Assembly (NCBI RefSeq): GCF_039541115.1
Contig: NZ_BAABFP010000002.1
Coordinates: forward strand, 992,001 to 1,056,000
DNA: 64,000 nucleotides
Source: Angustibacter luteus
GTDB taxonomy: Bacteria > Actinomycetota > Actinomycetes > Actinomycetales > Angustibacteraceae
Direction of reading: 5' to 3'
The translations under genes and the position numbers were made by a program. Numbering within the stretch: position 1 is the first letter of the stretch; each line of letters opens with the position of its first letter. Below, one piece after another: positions 18,768 to 27,854 of this stretch. Under the pieces are notes generated by a model. That model was not told the origin of the DNA, ran no database searches, and saw only the letters and a program-made list of their open reading frames with translations.

Positions 18768-20279
18768 TCAGTCGGCGAGCACCGGGACGGCGACCGCAGC
18801 CGGCGAGCGCGGCGCCCGGTTCGTCACCGCCACCACGACGGCCACGAGCACGATCAGCACGGACGCGGCCAGCAGGGCCGAGTCCGCCCCGGTCACGAAC
18901 ACGTGCCGAGCCTGCTCGACGGCGTCCCGGCCGGCCGGTCCGGCGGCGACCGCGTGCCGCGAGGCCGCACTGAACACGGTGACGAGCACCGCGAGGCCGA
19001 GGGTCGCGCCGATCTGCTGCGAGACGTTGACCAGCCCGGCCGCTGCACCGGCGTGCCGGGGCTCGACGCCCCGCAGGGCGGCCACGGTGATCGGCACGAA
19101 CACCGTGCCGTTGCCGAGCCCCATGAGGAACAGCGGCACCCCGATGGTCCAGTACGCCGGGTCGGACGAGGTGTGGCTCAACCAGAACACCGCGGACGCC
19201 GAGACCAGCGAGCCGAGGACCATGGTCGAGCGCGGTCCGATGGCCTCGACCAGGCGACGGGCGGACAGCTGCGAGGCGAGCAGCACCCCGACGGTGGTCG
19301 GCAGGAACGCCAGGCCCGCCTGCAGCGGCGAGTAGCCGACCTCGGTCTGCAGCAGCTGGGTCATGAAGAAGAACATGCCCATCATCCCGGCCACCAGCAG
19401 CATGCGGCCCAGGTAGGACCCCACCCGCATCCGGTCGCGGAAGAGGGCCAGCGGGACGACCGGGGCCTCCGCGCGTCGCTCGATGAACACGAAGCCGACC
19501 AGCAGCACCGCCGCGGCCACGAACGAGGCCACGCTGACGACGTCCGACCAGCCGGCGTCGGCCGCGCGCACGAAGCCGTAGACGAGGGCGGTCATGCCCA
19601 GCGTGGAGGTGATGGCGCCTGCCACGTCCACCCGTCCGGTGTGCCGCTGGGTCTCCGGCAGCACCAGCCAGGCGGCGACGAGCACGCCGATCCCGATCGG
19701 GACGTTGACGAACATCACCCACCGCCAGGACACCCAGTCGGTGAGCATCCCGCCGGCCAGCAGGCCGAGGGCGACGCCGCCGATCGAGACCGCGGTGAAC
19801 AGCCCCATGGCGCGGGTGCGGGCGCGCCCCTCGGGGACGCTGATGGTGATCATGGCCAGCACGGTCGGTGCGGCGAAGGCGGCGCCGACACCCTGCACGG
19901 CGCGGGAGGCGATGAGCCAGGCGCCGGACGGCGCGAGCCCGCCGATCAGGGAGGCCAGCACGAAGAGCGCCATGCCGCCGAGGAAGACCCGGCGTCGGCC
20001 GAGCAGGTCTCCGGCTCGGGCGCCGAGCAGGAGCAGGCCGCCGAAGGCCAGGGTGTAGGCGTTCATCACCCAGGACAGGCCGGTCTGGGACAGGTCGAGC
20101 GAGCGCGCCATGTCCGGCAGCGCGACGGTGACGATGCTCGCGTCGAGCACGACCATCAGCTGGGTGACGAGCACCGTGCCGAGGATGACGGCGGGGGAAG
20201 CGTGGATCCGCCCACGCGGCGAGGACGATGCCCCGCCAGTCGCTGGGGCGGCGGGTGGGTTCTGGGTCTGCACGGTCAC
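18768..20279 (-). CDS. DHA2 (EmrB/QacA-type) MFS efflux transporter
   Basis: LDASIVTVALP, GDLLGRRR, WRWVMFVNVPIG. Confidence 0.92.
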   Translation of the reverse strand: MTVQTQNPPAAPATGGASSSPRGRIHASPAVILGTVLVTQLMVVLDASIVTVALPDMARSLDLSQTGLSWVMNAYTLAFGGLLLLGARAGDLLGRRRVFLGGMALFVLASLIGGLAPSGAWLIASRAVQGVGAAFAAPTVLAMITISVPEGRARTRAMGLFTAVSIGGVALGLLAGGMLTDWVSWRWVMFVNVPIGIGVLVAAWLVLPETQRHTGRVDVAGAITSTLGMTALVYGFVRAADAGWSDVVSVASFVAAAVLLVGFVFIERRAEAPVVPLALFRDRMRVGSYLGRMLLVAGMMGMFFFMTQLLQTEVGYSPLQAGLAFLPTTVGVLLASQLSARRLVEAIGPRSTMVLGSLVSASAVFWLSHTSSDPAYWTIGVPLFLMGLGNGTVFVPITVAALRGVEPRHAGAAAGLVNVSQQIGATLGLAVLVTVFSAASRHAVAAGPAGRDAVEQARHVFVTGADSALLAASVLIVLVAVVVAVTNRAPRSPAAVAVPVLAD

Positions 20280-20312
20280 TGGTGTGCTCCGTAGGTAGTA
20301 CGATGACGGAAG

Positions 20313-20359
20313 AAGTGGATGCACCCTCCGGTTGAACAATACGGAGGGTCCCTCCACTT
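20313..20359. promoter_or_regulatory. pair of TetR-type operators in the divergent promoter
   Basis: AAGTGGATGCACCCTCCG (20313-20330) and inverted near-copy CGGAGGGTCCCTCCACTT (20342-20359), 16/18 identical. Confidence 0.65.
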
Positions 20360-20407
20360 AGCAAGTCCATTGCTGAGCTGTCTGTTCCCGAGGCAAGAGG
20401 TGTGAAC

Positions 20408-21025
20408 GTGAGCGCGGAGCCGGCGACGGTGCCGACGGCCGAGTCGACGGCCGAGTCGACCCCCCAGGGCGGCGGCCCGCAGCGCCCCCTGCGTGCGGAC
20501 GCGCGACGCAACTACGACCTGATCGTCGACGCCGCCCGGACGACGCTGCGCGAGCAGGGCGCTTCGGCCTCCCTGGAGGAGATCGCCCGCCGGGCCGGCG
20601 TGGGCATCGGCACGCTGTACCGCCGCTTCCCCAACCGCCTGGACCTGCTCGAGGCCGTCTACCGCGAGGACGTCGACGGGCTGCGGGTGCAGACCGAGCA
20701 GCTGGTCGCGGACGTCGAGCCCTGGACCGCCGTCGAGCTCTGGGTCGAGGCGCTGCTGGCGTACGCGTCCACCAAGCGCGCCCTGTTCGCCGAGCTCGTC
20801 GAGGCGATCGGCCGCGACAGCGAGCTGCTCACCTACTCGCGTTCGGTCATCAACGGCACGGCGGAGCGCGTGCTGGAGTACGGCAAGGCGGGCGGAGTGG
20901 TGCGCGCCGACATCGTCCCCGCGGACGTCATCCGGCTGGTCGCCGGCTGCTCGATGATGGGCGCTCTCGAGGACGAGCAGCACCGCCGCGTGGTCGACAT
21001 CGTGCTGGCGGGCATCCGCGCCTGA
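20408..21025 (+). CDS. TetR/AcrR-family regulator
   Basis: LRADARRN, IARRAGVGIGTLYRRFP; start could be 20402. Confidence 0.92.
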   Translation: MSAEPATVPTAESTAESTPQGGGPQRPLRADARRNYDLIVDAARTTLREQGASASLEEIARRAGVGIGTLYRRFPNRLDLLEAVYREDVDGLRVQTEQLVADVEPWTAVELWVEALLAYASTKRALFAELVEAIGRDSELLTYSRSVINGTAERVLEYGKAGGVVRADIVPADVIRLVAGCSMMGALEDEQHRRVVDIVLAGIRA

Positions 21026-21098
21026 TTCGTCCGTCTACCGGACGTCGCGCGGGCGGCCTATCGTCGCAAGGGCAGCGGGGCGTGGGAGCGAGGTCGCC

Positions 21099-21965
21099 GT
21101 GTGCGCTGTGGCTCATCGCGAGGACGACGACCGGGTGCTGCCGTACACCCGGGGACTCTCGCTGTTCATCAGCCCGTTCCTGCTCGTCGCCTTCGTCGTG
21201 CTCTACCTCTTCCCGGACGACACCGAGCGGCTCTTCGCGTGGACGATCCACCCCACGATGACCCCGATGGTGCTGGCGTCGGCGTACCTCGGCGGTGCCT
21301 ACTTCTTCGTCCGCGCCGCTCGAGCCGACCGCTGGAACGCCCTGCGCACCGGCTTCGCCTCGGTGGCCCTGTTCGCCTCGCTGCTCGGCGTGGCCACGAT
21401 CGTGCACTGGGACCGGTTCAACCACCAGCACGTGGCCTTCTGGTTGTGGGCTGGGCTGTACTTCGCCGCACCGTTCCTGGTCCTGGCCGCGCTGCTGGCC
21501 AACAGTCGCGTGGCCGCGCCGACCCGACCGGACGAGCTCCGGCTCGGGTCCCTCTCGCGGCTCGTGGTGGGGCTGGTCGGCCTGCTCGCCCTCGCCCAGG
21601 GCATCGCGATGTTCCTTGCCCCGGAACGGTTCATCGGCATCTGGCCCTGGACCCTGACGCCCCTGACCTGTCGCGTCGTGGCGGCGATCTTCTGCCTCGG
21701 CGCCGCGGGCCTCGGAGTGCTGGCCGACCCCCGGTGGTCGTCCCTGCGGCTGATGCTCCAGGTCGAGGTCCTCATGGTCGTGCTCATGCTGGTGGCCGCA
21801 GTCCGCGCGCGCGGAGAGTTCGACACCGGGCGAGCGCTGACCTGGGTGCTGCTGGCGGGCTTCCTCGGCGTGCTCGTCGGCTCGGCGTTCCTGTGGCTGC
21901 GCTACGAGCGCGGCGGCGGCAGCACCACGCCGAACCCCGCGACCGCCAGCCGCAGCAGCACCTGA
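21099..21965 (+). CDS. polytopic membrane protein with two internal repeats
   Basis: about 8 TM segments; LFAWTIHP and IWPWTLTP repeats. Confidence 0.75.
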   Translation: MCAVAHREDDDRVLPYTRGLSLFISPFLLVAFVVLYLFPDDTERLFAWTIHPTMTPMVLASAYLGGAYFFVRAARADRWNALRTGFASVALFASLLGVATIVHWDRFNHQHVAFWLWAGLYFAAPFLVLAALLANSRVAAPTRPDELRLGSLSRLVVGLVGLLALAQGIAMFLAPERFIGIWPWTLTPLTCRVVAAIFCLGAAGLGVLADPRWSSLRLMLQVEVLMVVLMLVAAVRARGEFDTGRALTWVLLAGFLGVLVGSAFLWLRYERGGGSTTPNPATASRSST

Positions 21966-22657
21966 CCTGGCGCAAGCAGATCGGCGATCTTCGCCGCGCT
22001 CAACAGCTCGAGCTCGCCGAGCCGAACGCCGTATGCCGCGTCACCGTCCAGCCGCGCGCGCTGCAGCTCCTCGGTGTTGTGCCACACCTTCTGCCGCGCC
22101 TCGCGCAAGAAACGCTTGGACGCCAACCGGTTCAGCGGCTGCAGGGCCCGGTCGAGCAGGGTGCGACCAGACGTCGCCGCCAGCTCGTCGTCCTCGTCGG
22201 CCACCCGCCCGGACAGCACCGCGTCGATCCGCTCGTGGTCACCACGCCGGCGCCCGAGGACGGCGGCGTCAGCGAAGTCGGCGTCGCTGATGACGCGCAG
22301 CAGGGCCTGCGGCAGGTCGTAGTTGATGTGCGCGTTGATGCCGAGCAGCACGTGCCGCAGGGCCGGCAGGTCCGGCGGCGCGTCGAAGGCCAGCCGCCAC
22401 GGGCGGGGCACCCCCGGACCGCCCGCCAGGTCCGCGTCGAGGGCTGCCAGGTACAGGTCGGCGAACGCGACGTCCCAGCGCTCGACCCACGGGCCGTCCT
22501 CGAAGACGCCCTGCTCGATGGCGCCCGCCACTGCGGACGTGGTGCGGGAGTACGTCTCCAGGAACACCGCGCGCGAACGCTTCGCCGCGGGCAGCCCGTC
22601 CAGCCGCTCCTGCATGGCCGCGACCACCGCGCCGATCGGGCTGGTCGGCTCGTTCAC
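21902..22657 (-). CDS. DUF5995-like protein
   Basis: FLETYSRTT, FADLYL, LLGINAHINYDLP motif; GTG overlaps methyltransferase stop. Confidence 0.75.
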   Translation of the reverse strand: MNEPTSPIGAVVAAMQERLDGLPAAKRSRAVFLETYSRTTSAVAGAIEQGVFEDGPWVERWDVAFADLYLAALDADLAGGPGVPRPWRLAFDAPPDLPALRHVLLGINAHINYDLPQALLRVISDADFADAAVLGRRRGDHERIDAVLSGRVADEDDELAATSGRTLLDRALQPLNRLASKRFLREARQKVWHNTEELQRARLDGDAAYGVRLGELELLSAAKIADLLAPGQVLLRLAVAGFGVVLPPPRS

Positions 22658-23499
22658 GGCCCGCTCGCCGGACCGTGCCGCTTGACCGCCACGACCTCCA
22701 GGTAGGACGACGGGATCCGGCACCCGCCGTCCACGGCCACGTTGTGCCGGTCAGTCACCGATTGCCACGCCCGCTGGAAGTCCGTGCGCTGCAGCGGGTC
22801 CAGCCGCTCGAGCGCCGTGGCGACGGGGCCGAACCAGACGCTGAACTGCTCCCACAGCTTGTCGGGGTCCCGGTGCATGAACTCGGACTGCGCCACCGTC
22901 GTCCGGACGGCGTCCACGGCCACACCGAGCAGGTCCTCCAGTCGTGCCGTGGTGCCCCAGAGCGCGGGTGAGCGCACCCCCTCGGGCGGCGGGAGGAACC
23001 GGGCCTGGAGGGCGAACTGTTCACCGACCCACGAGTCCGGCGTCCAGTTGGCCATCCCCAGCCGGCCGCCGGGGCGGAGCACGCGCAGCAGCTCGGCCGC
23101 GGTGGCCTCCTGGTCGGGCGCGAACATGGCGCCGAAGGTCGAGACCACGACGTCGAAGCTGGCGTCCGGGAACGGCAGGCGCTGGGCGTCGGCGACGGCG
23201 AGCGCCAGCGGCAGCCCCTCGGCGGCGGCCCGGACGCGCGCGCGGAACAGCAGGTGCGGCACGTAGTCCGTGCAGGTCACGTCGGCCCAGCGACGGGCGG
23301 CGGCGAGCGAGGCGTTGCCGGCCCCACCGGCCACGTCCAGCACCCGCTCCCCCGGACCGACCCCGAGCGCCCGCACCAGGAGCTCGCCGACCAGCACCTG
23401 CCCGACGCCGATACGGTGGAAGTCGCCTCGACCCCACATCTCCCGCTGCGCGTTGGTGACGTCGTCCAGCGCGTGGTGGGTGGCCTCATCGCGTGCCAT
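22654..23499 (-). CDS. class I SAM-dependent methyltransferase
   Basis: VLDVAGGAGN, DAQRLPFPDASFDVVVSTFGAMFAPD; GGAGG RBS. Confidence 0.9.
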   Translation of the reverse strand: MARDEATHHALDDVTNAQREMWGRGDFHRIGVGQVLVGELLVRALGVGPGERVLDVAGGAGNASLAAARRWADVTCTDYVPHLLFRARVRAAAEGLPLALAVADAQRLPFPDASFDVVVSTFGAMFAPDQEATAAELLRVLRPGGRLGMANWTPDSWVGEQFALQARFLPPPEGVRSPALWGTTARLEDLLGVAVDAVRTTVAQSEFMHRDPDKLWEQFSVWFGPVATALERLDPLQRTDFQRAWQSVTDRHNVAVDGGCRIPSSYLEVVAVKRHGPASGP

Positions 23500-23561
23500 G
23501 GCACCTCCAGGACCTGCCGTTCCCCGCCAACATCCTGCCTCTGTTCGGGCCAACCCCACCA

Positions 23562-23581
23562 TCACACGCGTCCTCACACGC
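23562..23581. promoter_or_regulatory. TCACACGC direct repeat, candidate SARP-type binding site
   Basis: TCACACGC at 23562 and 23574 in the divergent methyltransferase/SCO4226-like intergenic region. Confidence 0.35.
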
Positions 23582-23650
23582 CCCCGCGATCTCCTGGATC
23601 CACGGAGCCACCGACGCCACCGTCACCGGCTCAGAGTCAAGGAGATCGAC

Positions 23651-23902
23651 ATGCCGCGTTTCATGGACGTGCACACCATCGAGGGCGGGGTGTCGGCGGC
23701 TGACGTCGCCGGCGCCCACCAGGCGGACCTGGCCACCCAGGGCCCGCACGGCGTCAGCTACCTCAAGTACTGGGTCGACGAGCAGGCGGGCAAGATCTTC
23801 TGCCTGGTCGACGCCCCGGACGCCGAGGCCGCGAACACCGTTCACCGCGAGGCACACGGCCTCGTCGCCGACGAGATCTACCCCGTCAGCGAGCACGTGT
23901 GA
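23651..23902 (+). CDS. SCO4226/DUF4242-family (nickel-binding) small protein
   Basis: MPRFMDVH, AHQADL, YWVDE..GKIFCL, HREAHG; AAGGAG RBS. Confidence 0.88.
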   Translation: MPRFMDVHTIEGGVSAADVAGAHQADLATQGPHGVSYLKYWVDEQAGKIFCLVDAPDAEAANTVHREAHGLVADEIYPVSEHV

Positions 23903-24665
23903 CGTCGTCGGGGTCGGCGTCGCCGCTGGCCGTCCACTGGCCGATTCGGAAGACCACGAACTCGGCCGGTCGGACGGGCGCGACGCCGATCTCGACGACC
24001 AGGCGGCCGTTGTCCAGGTCGGCCTGCGTCATCGTGGTCCGGTCGCAGCGGACGAAGAACGCCTGGTCGGCCCGCTCGCCGAGCAGCCGACCGGACCGCC
24101 ACTGGTCCTGCAGGACGTCACCGACCGAGCGTCGGACCTGATCCCACAACCGGTCGTCGTTGGGCTCGAACACCGCCCACTGGGTGGCATCGTCGATCGA
24201 GTGCTCGAGGTAGGCGAGGTACCGCCGGAGGTTGACGTAGTGCCACTCGGGATCGGGCCGCCAGTGCGGGTCGTCAATGTCGTCCAGGTGCTCGAACGCG
24301 ACGACGTCCCCGACCTGTTCGGGATGGCGGGGGAACGCGACCTTCCCGGCCGCGACGCACCAGCGGGCCACCTCGACCCGCAGCCAACCGGCCTGCACCA
24401 TGGGGTCCAGGCCGGCGATCCGCAGGGCCTCGTCCCGCCCGACCGTGTAGACGCTCATGCCGCGCAACCGCTCGTCGCTCTGCTCGCGCATCGGCCCGTT
24501 CGCCACCGTGATGCCCCGCTCAGCCAGCGAGAAGCCGTACGCCAGGTGCTCGCGCTGCAGGTCGTCGAGCTCGTCGTCAGCCAGCTCGGGCGGGTCGTCC
24601 GCCCGGACCAGGAACACCACGGTCCGGACGTCGAACTCGGCGGGTACCCCCGGCGGTCGGTCCAC
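23886..24665 (-). CDS. YciI-like domain fused to a contractile tail sheath C-terminal domain
   Basis: N-term LQREHLAY...NGP...DPMVQAG (YciI-like); C-term WHYVNLRRY...QWAVFEPND..LW...FFVRCD...GVAPVRPAEFVVFRI (sheath); TATGTT -10 six nt before GTG 24665. Confidence 0.8.
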   Translation of the reverse strand: MDRPPGVPAEFDVRTVVFLVRADDPPELADDELDDLQREHLAYGFSLAERGITVANGPMREQSDERLRGMSVYTVGRDEALRIAGLDPMVQAGWLRVEVARWCVAAGKVAFPRHPEQVGDVVAFEHLDDIDDPHWRPDPEWHYVNLRRYLAYLEHSIDDATQWAVFEPNDDRLWDQVRRSVGDVLQDQWRSGRLLGERADQAFFVRCDRTTMTQADLDNGRLVVEIGVAPVRPAEFVVFRIGQWTASGDADPDDVTRAR

Positions 24666-24762
24666 GAGCCGAACATAGCCCCGTGACAGCGCCGGGGAAA
24701 CGGCATTGTCCCGACCGACCGGGCGCGCGAATACTGAGACCTCCCCGGAACCGGTAGGAACC

Positions 24763-26520
24763 ATGAGCCTCACCATCAGCCTGCTCGGCCGGCCGCACCT
24801 CACGCGCTCGGACGGTGACGCCTACCAGTTCCGGAGCCGCAAGAGCTGGGCGCTGCTGGCCTACCTGCTGCTCAGCCGGCGGCCGGCGCCGCGCGCCCAG
24901 CTCGCCGAGCTGCTGTTCGCCGAGGCGGACGACCCGGCCCGGGCCCTGCGGTGGAACCTGTCCGAGCTGCGGCGCGGCCTCGGCGAGGCGGCCACGCTCG
25001 AGGGGGACCCGCTGGTGCTGCGCCTGCCGGTGGGCACTGAGGTGGACGTCGACGTGCTCGCCCGCGGCAGCTGGGTGCAGGCCGTTGCGCTGGACGGCTT
25101 GGGCGAGGACCTGCTGGCCGGGATGTCGCTGCGGGGCGCGGCGGGGTTCGAGACCTGGCTGCTGGCCCAGCAGCGGCACGTGGCCGGTGCCAGCGTGGCG
25201 ATCCTGCACGAGGCGGCGCTGGGTTCGATGTCGCGCGGTGCCCCCGAGGCTGCCCTCGGGTACGCCGTCCGCGCGGTCGCCGCCGACCCGCTGGACGAGG
25301 ACAACCAGGCCCTGCTGATCCGGCTCTACCGCTTGGTCGGCGACGACGAGGCCGCGGCCCGCCAGCTCGAGCGCTGCACCGCCCTGCTGGAGCGCGAGCT
25401 CGGCACCTCCCCCGGGCCGGCGATCCTCGCCGCGGCCCGCGAGCGGCGGGCGGAGACGGTCGAGTCCGCCGACGAAACCACCATCGCTGCGTTCGTCGAG
25501 GCTGGGTCGGCCGCCGTCGCCGTCGGCGCGGTCGAAGCCGGGGTGCAGTCGCTGCGGACCGCGATCCGGCTCGCCGACGGCGCCGGGACGGACGCGCTGC
25601 GCACCTCCGCCCGGCTCACCCTGGGCGAGACGCTGATCCACGCGCTGCGCGGCCTTGACGAGGAGGGCCTCGCGGCCCTCTACGAGGCGGACGAGATCGC
25701 CGGCGGCTGCGGCGACCGCGGCGTGATGGCGAGGGCCCGGGCCGAGCTCGGGTACGTCGACTACCTGCGCGCGCACTACGACCGGGCCGAGCGCTGGCTC
25801 ACCGAGGCGATCGAGCTCAGCGAGCCGTCGTCCTCGACGCGCGCCGCCGCGACCACCTACCTCGGCCTGGTGGCCACGGACCGCTCGGACGACACCCGCG
25901 CCGCGGCGCTGCTGGGCGAGGCGATCACGCTGTCGCGCGCCGCGGGCGACCGGCGGCGCGAGGCGTACGGCCTGGCGATGCTGGGCCGGGTCGCCCTGCT
26001 CCGCGGCGACGTCCGGCTGGCCGCCGAGCAGCTCGACGCGTCGATCGCGCTGGCCGAGAGCGAGCACTGGCTCGCGTTCCTGCCGTGCCCGCAGGCGTTG
26101 CGGGGCGAGGTGCTCCTGATCGAGGGTGACGTGGACGGCGCCGACACCGTGCTGCAACAGGCGTTCGCACGGTCCTGCCAGCTGGCCGATCCCTGCTGGG
26201 AGGGGCTGTCCGCGCGAGCCCTGGCCCTGGTCGCCGACGCCCGCGGCAACGCCCGGGGCGCCTTCTCGCTGCTCGCCGACGCGCGGGTTCGGGCCGACCG
26301 GCTGCCGGACCGCTACACCTGGCTCGACGGCTACATCCTGGATGCGCAGTGCACGCTGGGGCTCAGGCACGGGCACCCGCAGACGCAGGAGTGGGTCGAC
26401 GCGTTGCGGGACCTGTCCTCGCGCACCGGTATGCGGGGTCTGGTGCTCCGTTCACTCGAGCACGGCGCGGCGCTCGGCCACGCGGACGACGCCGCCGCTC
26501 GTGCCCTGCTGGGTGACTGA
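24763..26520 (+). CDS. SARP/AfsR-type regulator (wHTH + BTAD + TPR-like region; no NTPase motif seen)
   Basis: ISLLGRP, SRKSWALLAYL, LRWNLSELRR, DPLDE, RELGTSP. Confidence 0.85.
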   Translation: MSLTISLLGRPHLTRSDGDAYQFRSRKSWALLAYLLLSRRPAPRAQLAELLFAEADDPARALRWNLSELRRGLGEAATLEGDPLVLRLPVGTEVDVDVLARGSWVQAVALDGLGEDLLAGMSLRGAAGFETWLLAQQRHVAGASVAILHEAALGSMSRGAPEAALGYAVRAVAADPLDEDNQALLIRLYRLVGDDEAAARQLERCTALLERELGTSPGPAILAAARERRAETVESADETTIAAFVEAGSAAVAVGAVEAGVQSLRTAIRLADGAGTDALRTSARLTLGETLIHALRGLDEEGLAALYEADEIAGGCGDRGVMARARAELGYVDYLRAHYDRAERWLTEAIELSEPSSSTRAAATTYLGLVATDRSDDTRAAALLGEAITLSRAAGDRRREAYGLAMLGRVALLRGDVRLAAEQLDASIALAESEHWLAFLPCPQALRGEVLLIEGDVDGADTVLQQAFARSCQLADPCWEGLSARALALVADARGNARGAFSLLADARVRADRLPDRYTWLDGYILDAQCTLGLRHGHPQTQEWVDALRDLSSRTGMRGLVLRSLEHGAALGHADDAAARALLGD

Positions 26521-26565
26521 CGGGGGGTGACTGACGGGGGTGACTGACGGGGGTGACTGACGGGG
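26511..26565. repeat. tandem repeat, four TGACTGAC units flanked by G3-G6 runs
   Basis: GGG TGACTGAC GGGGGG TGACTGAC GGGGG TGACTGAC GGGGG TGACTGAC GGGG. Confidence 0.9.
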
Positions 26566-27183
26566 TCACGACGACGTCGCGACACCGAGCGAGAACGCAC
26601 CCCCGAACCTCGGTACACCCTTCTGGTAGAAGGACTCCAGGCTCGTCACGGCGAATCCGGCATCGGCCAGCGTCGAGGCGACCGGCCGGGTCAGGTGGCA
26701 CCCACCGAACAGCCGCTTCTGCAGCGGCTCCAGCCGGCGCTGCCAGACCCGCACCTGCTCGTCCGGTGCGAGGCCGTGCTCCAGGAAGTGCAGGGCGCCG
26801 CCCGGTCGCAGCACCCGGCGCAGCTCGGCCAAGGCCGCGCCGACGTCCGGGATCGTGCAGAGCGTCCAGGTCGAGACGGCCGTGTCGAACGAGTGGTCCG
26901 GGAACGGCAGCGCCGCGCCGTCCAGGCCGGCCCGCTCGACAGGGACGGCGGACCGCGCGAGCCGGTCGGCGGCCAGCCGCCAGCCGACCCCGGCCGGGTC
27001 GACGGCCGCCACCCGGGTCACGGCGGTCGGGTAGAACGGGACGTTGAGCCCCGAGCCGAAGCCGATCTCCACGACCTCCTCGACGAGACCACCACAGACC
27101 TTGGCGCGCAACGGGTCCAGCTCCTTCGAGCCGCAGCTGACGTTGATGACCCGCGGCAGGACGTGCTCGGCGTAGACACCCAC
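26566..27183 (-). CDS. class I SAM-dependent methyltransferase
   Basis: VEIGFGSGLN, STWTLCTIPD, FLEHG, GGCHL; TAGCGT -10 before GTG. Confidence 0.9.
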   Translation of the reverse strand: MGVYAEHVLPRVINVSCGSKELDPLRAKVCGGLVEEVVEIGFGSGLNVPFYPTAVTRVAAVDPAGVGWRLAADRLARSAVPVERAGLDGAALPFPDHSFDTAVSTWTLCTIPDVGAALAELRRVLRPGGALHFLEHGLAPDEQVRVWQRRLEPLQKRLFGGCHLTRPVASTLADAGFAVTSLESFYQKGVPRFGGAFSLGVATSS

Positions 27184-27271
27184 GGTCCCAACGCTACGCC
27201 GCCGGCCGTCGACCGGCGTACGCTGCTGGGTCGGGACGTCGCAGGCTCGGTGCGAGATGAGGTGCCCGCGG

Positions 27272-27841
27272 ATGGCGACGACGGCACAGGTTGAGAAACC
27301 GATGACACCCGGCGCAGCGCTGGCCGCCGTCCTGCTCGTCGGCGCCGCCGTCACGGTCGTGCTCGGCGTCTACGGCAGGGCCCACGGGGCGGCCGGTCGG
27401 GCGCTCTTCACCTTCGGCTTCTCCGGCATGCTGCAGATGAAGACCTGGCTGGCGACCGCCGCGCTGGTCCTGGTCGTCGTCCAGGTGGTCAGCGCGTCGT
27501 GGATGTGGGAGCGGTTGCCCGGGGCGGGGGCTGCGCCAGGGTGGGTCGCGCCGCTGCACCGCTGGAGCGGCAGCACCGCGTTCGTGCTGACCGTGCCGGT
27601 GGCCGTGCACTGCCTGTGGGCCATCGGGTTCGAGACGACCACGACCCGGGTGCTCCTGCACAGCGTCGCGGGCTGTGTCTTCTACGGCGCCTACGCCGCG
27701 AAGATGCTGGGACTGCGGCTGCCAGGGCTGCCCGGCTGGGGGATCCCGGTGCTCGGTGGCACGGTGTTCGCCGTCCTGGTGCTGACCTGGCTCACCTCGG
27801 CCCTGTGGTTCTTCACCCGTTCCGGCCTGCCGTTGACGTGA
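27272..27841 (+). CDS. DUF6529-like membrane protein (possible cytochrome b)
   Basis: MKTWLAT, LHRWSG, VHCLWAIG, LLHSVAG; several TM segments with His residues. Confidence 0.72.
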   Translation: MATTAQVEKPMTPGAALAAVLLVGAAVTVVLGVYGRAHGAAGRALFTFGFSGMLQMKTWLATAALVLVVVQVVSASWMWERLPGAGAAPGWVAPLHRWSGSTAFVLTVPVAVHCLWAIGFETTTTRVLLHSVAGCVFYGAYAAKMLGLRLPGLPGWGIPVLGGTVFAVLVLTWLTSALWFFTRSGLPLT

Positions 27842-27854
27842 GCGGAGGAACCTG

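Noticed and set aside
23886..24665. Prophage or complete contractile injection system
   Set aside because: Only the sheath C-terminal domain is present; no other structural phage/CIS genes or integrase in the window.
26511..26565. CRISPR array
   Set aside because: Units are about 13 bp with no unique spacers, and there are no cas genes.
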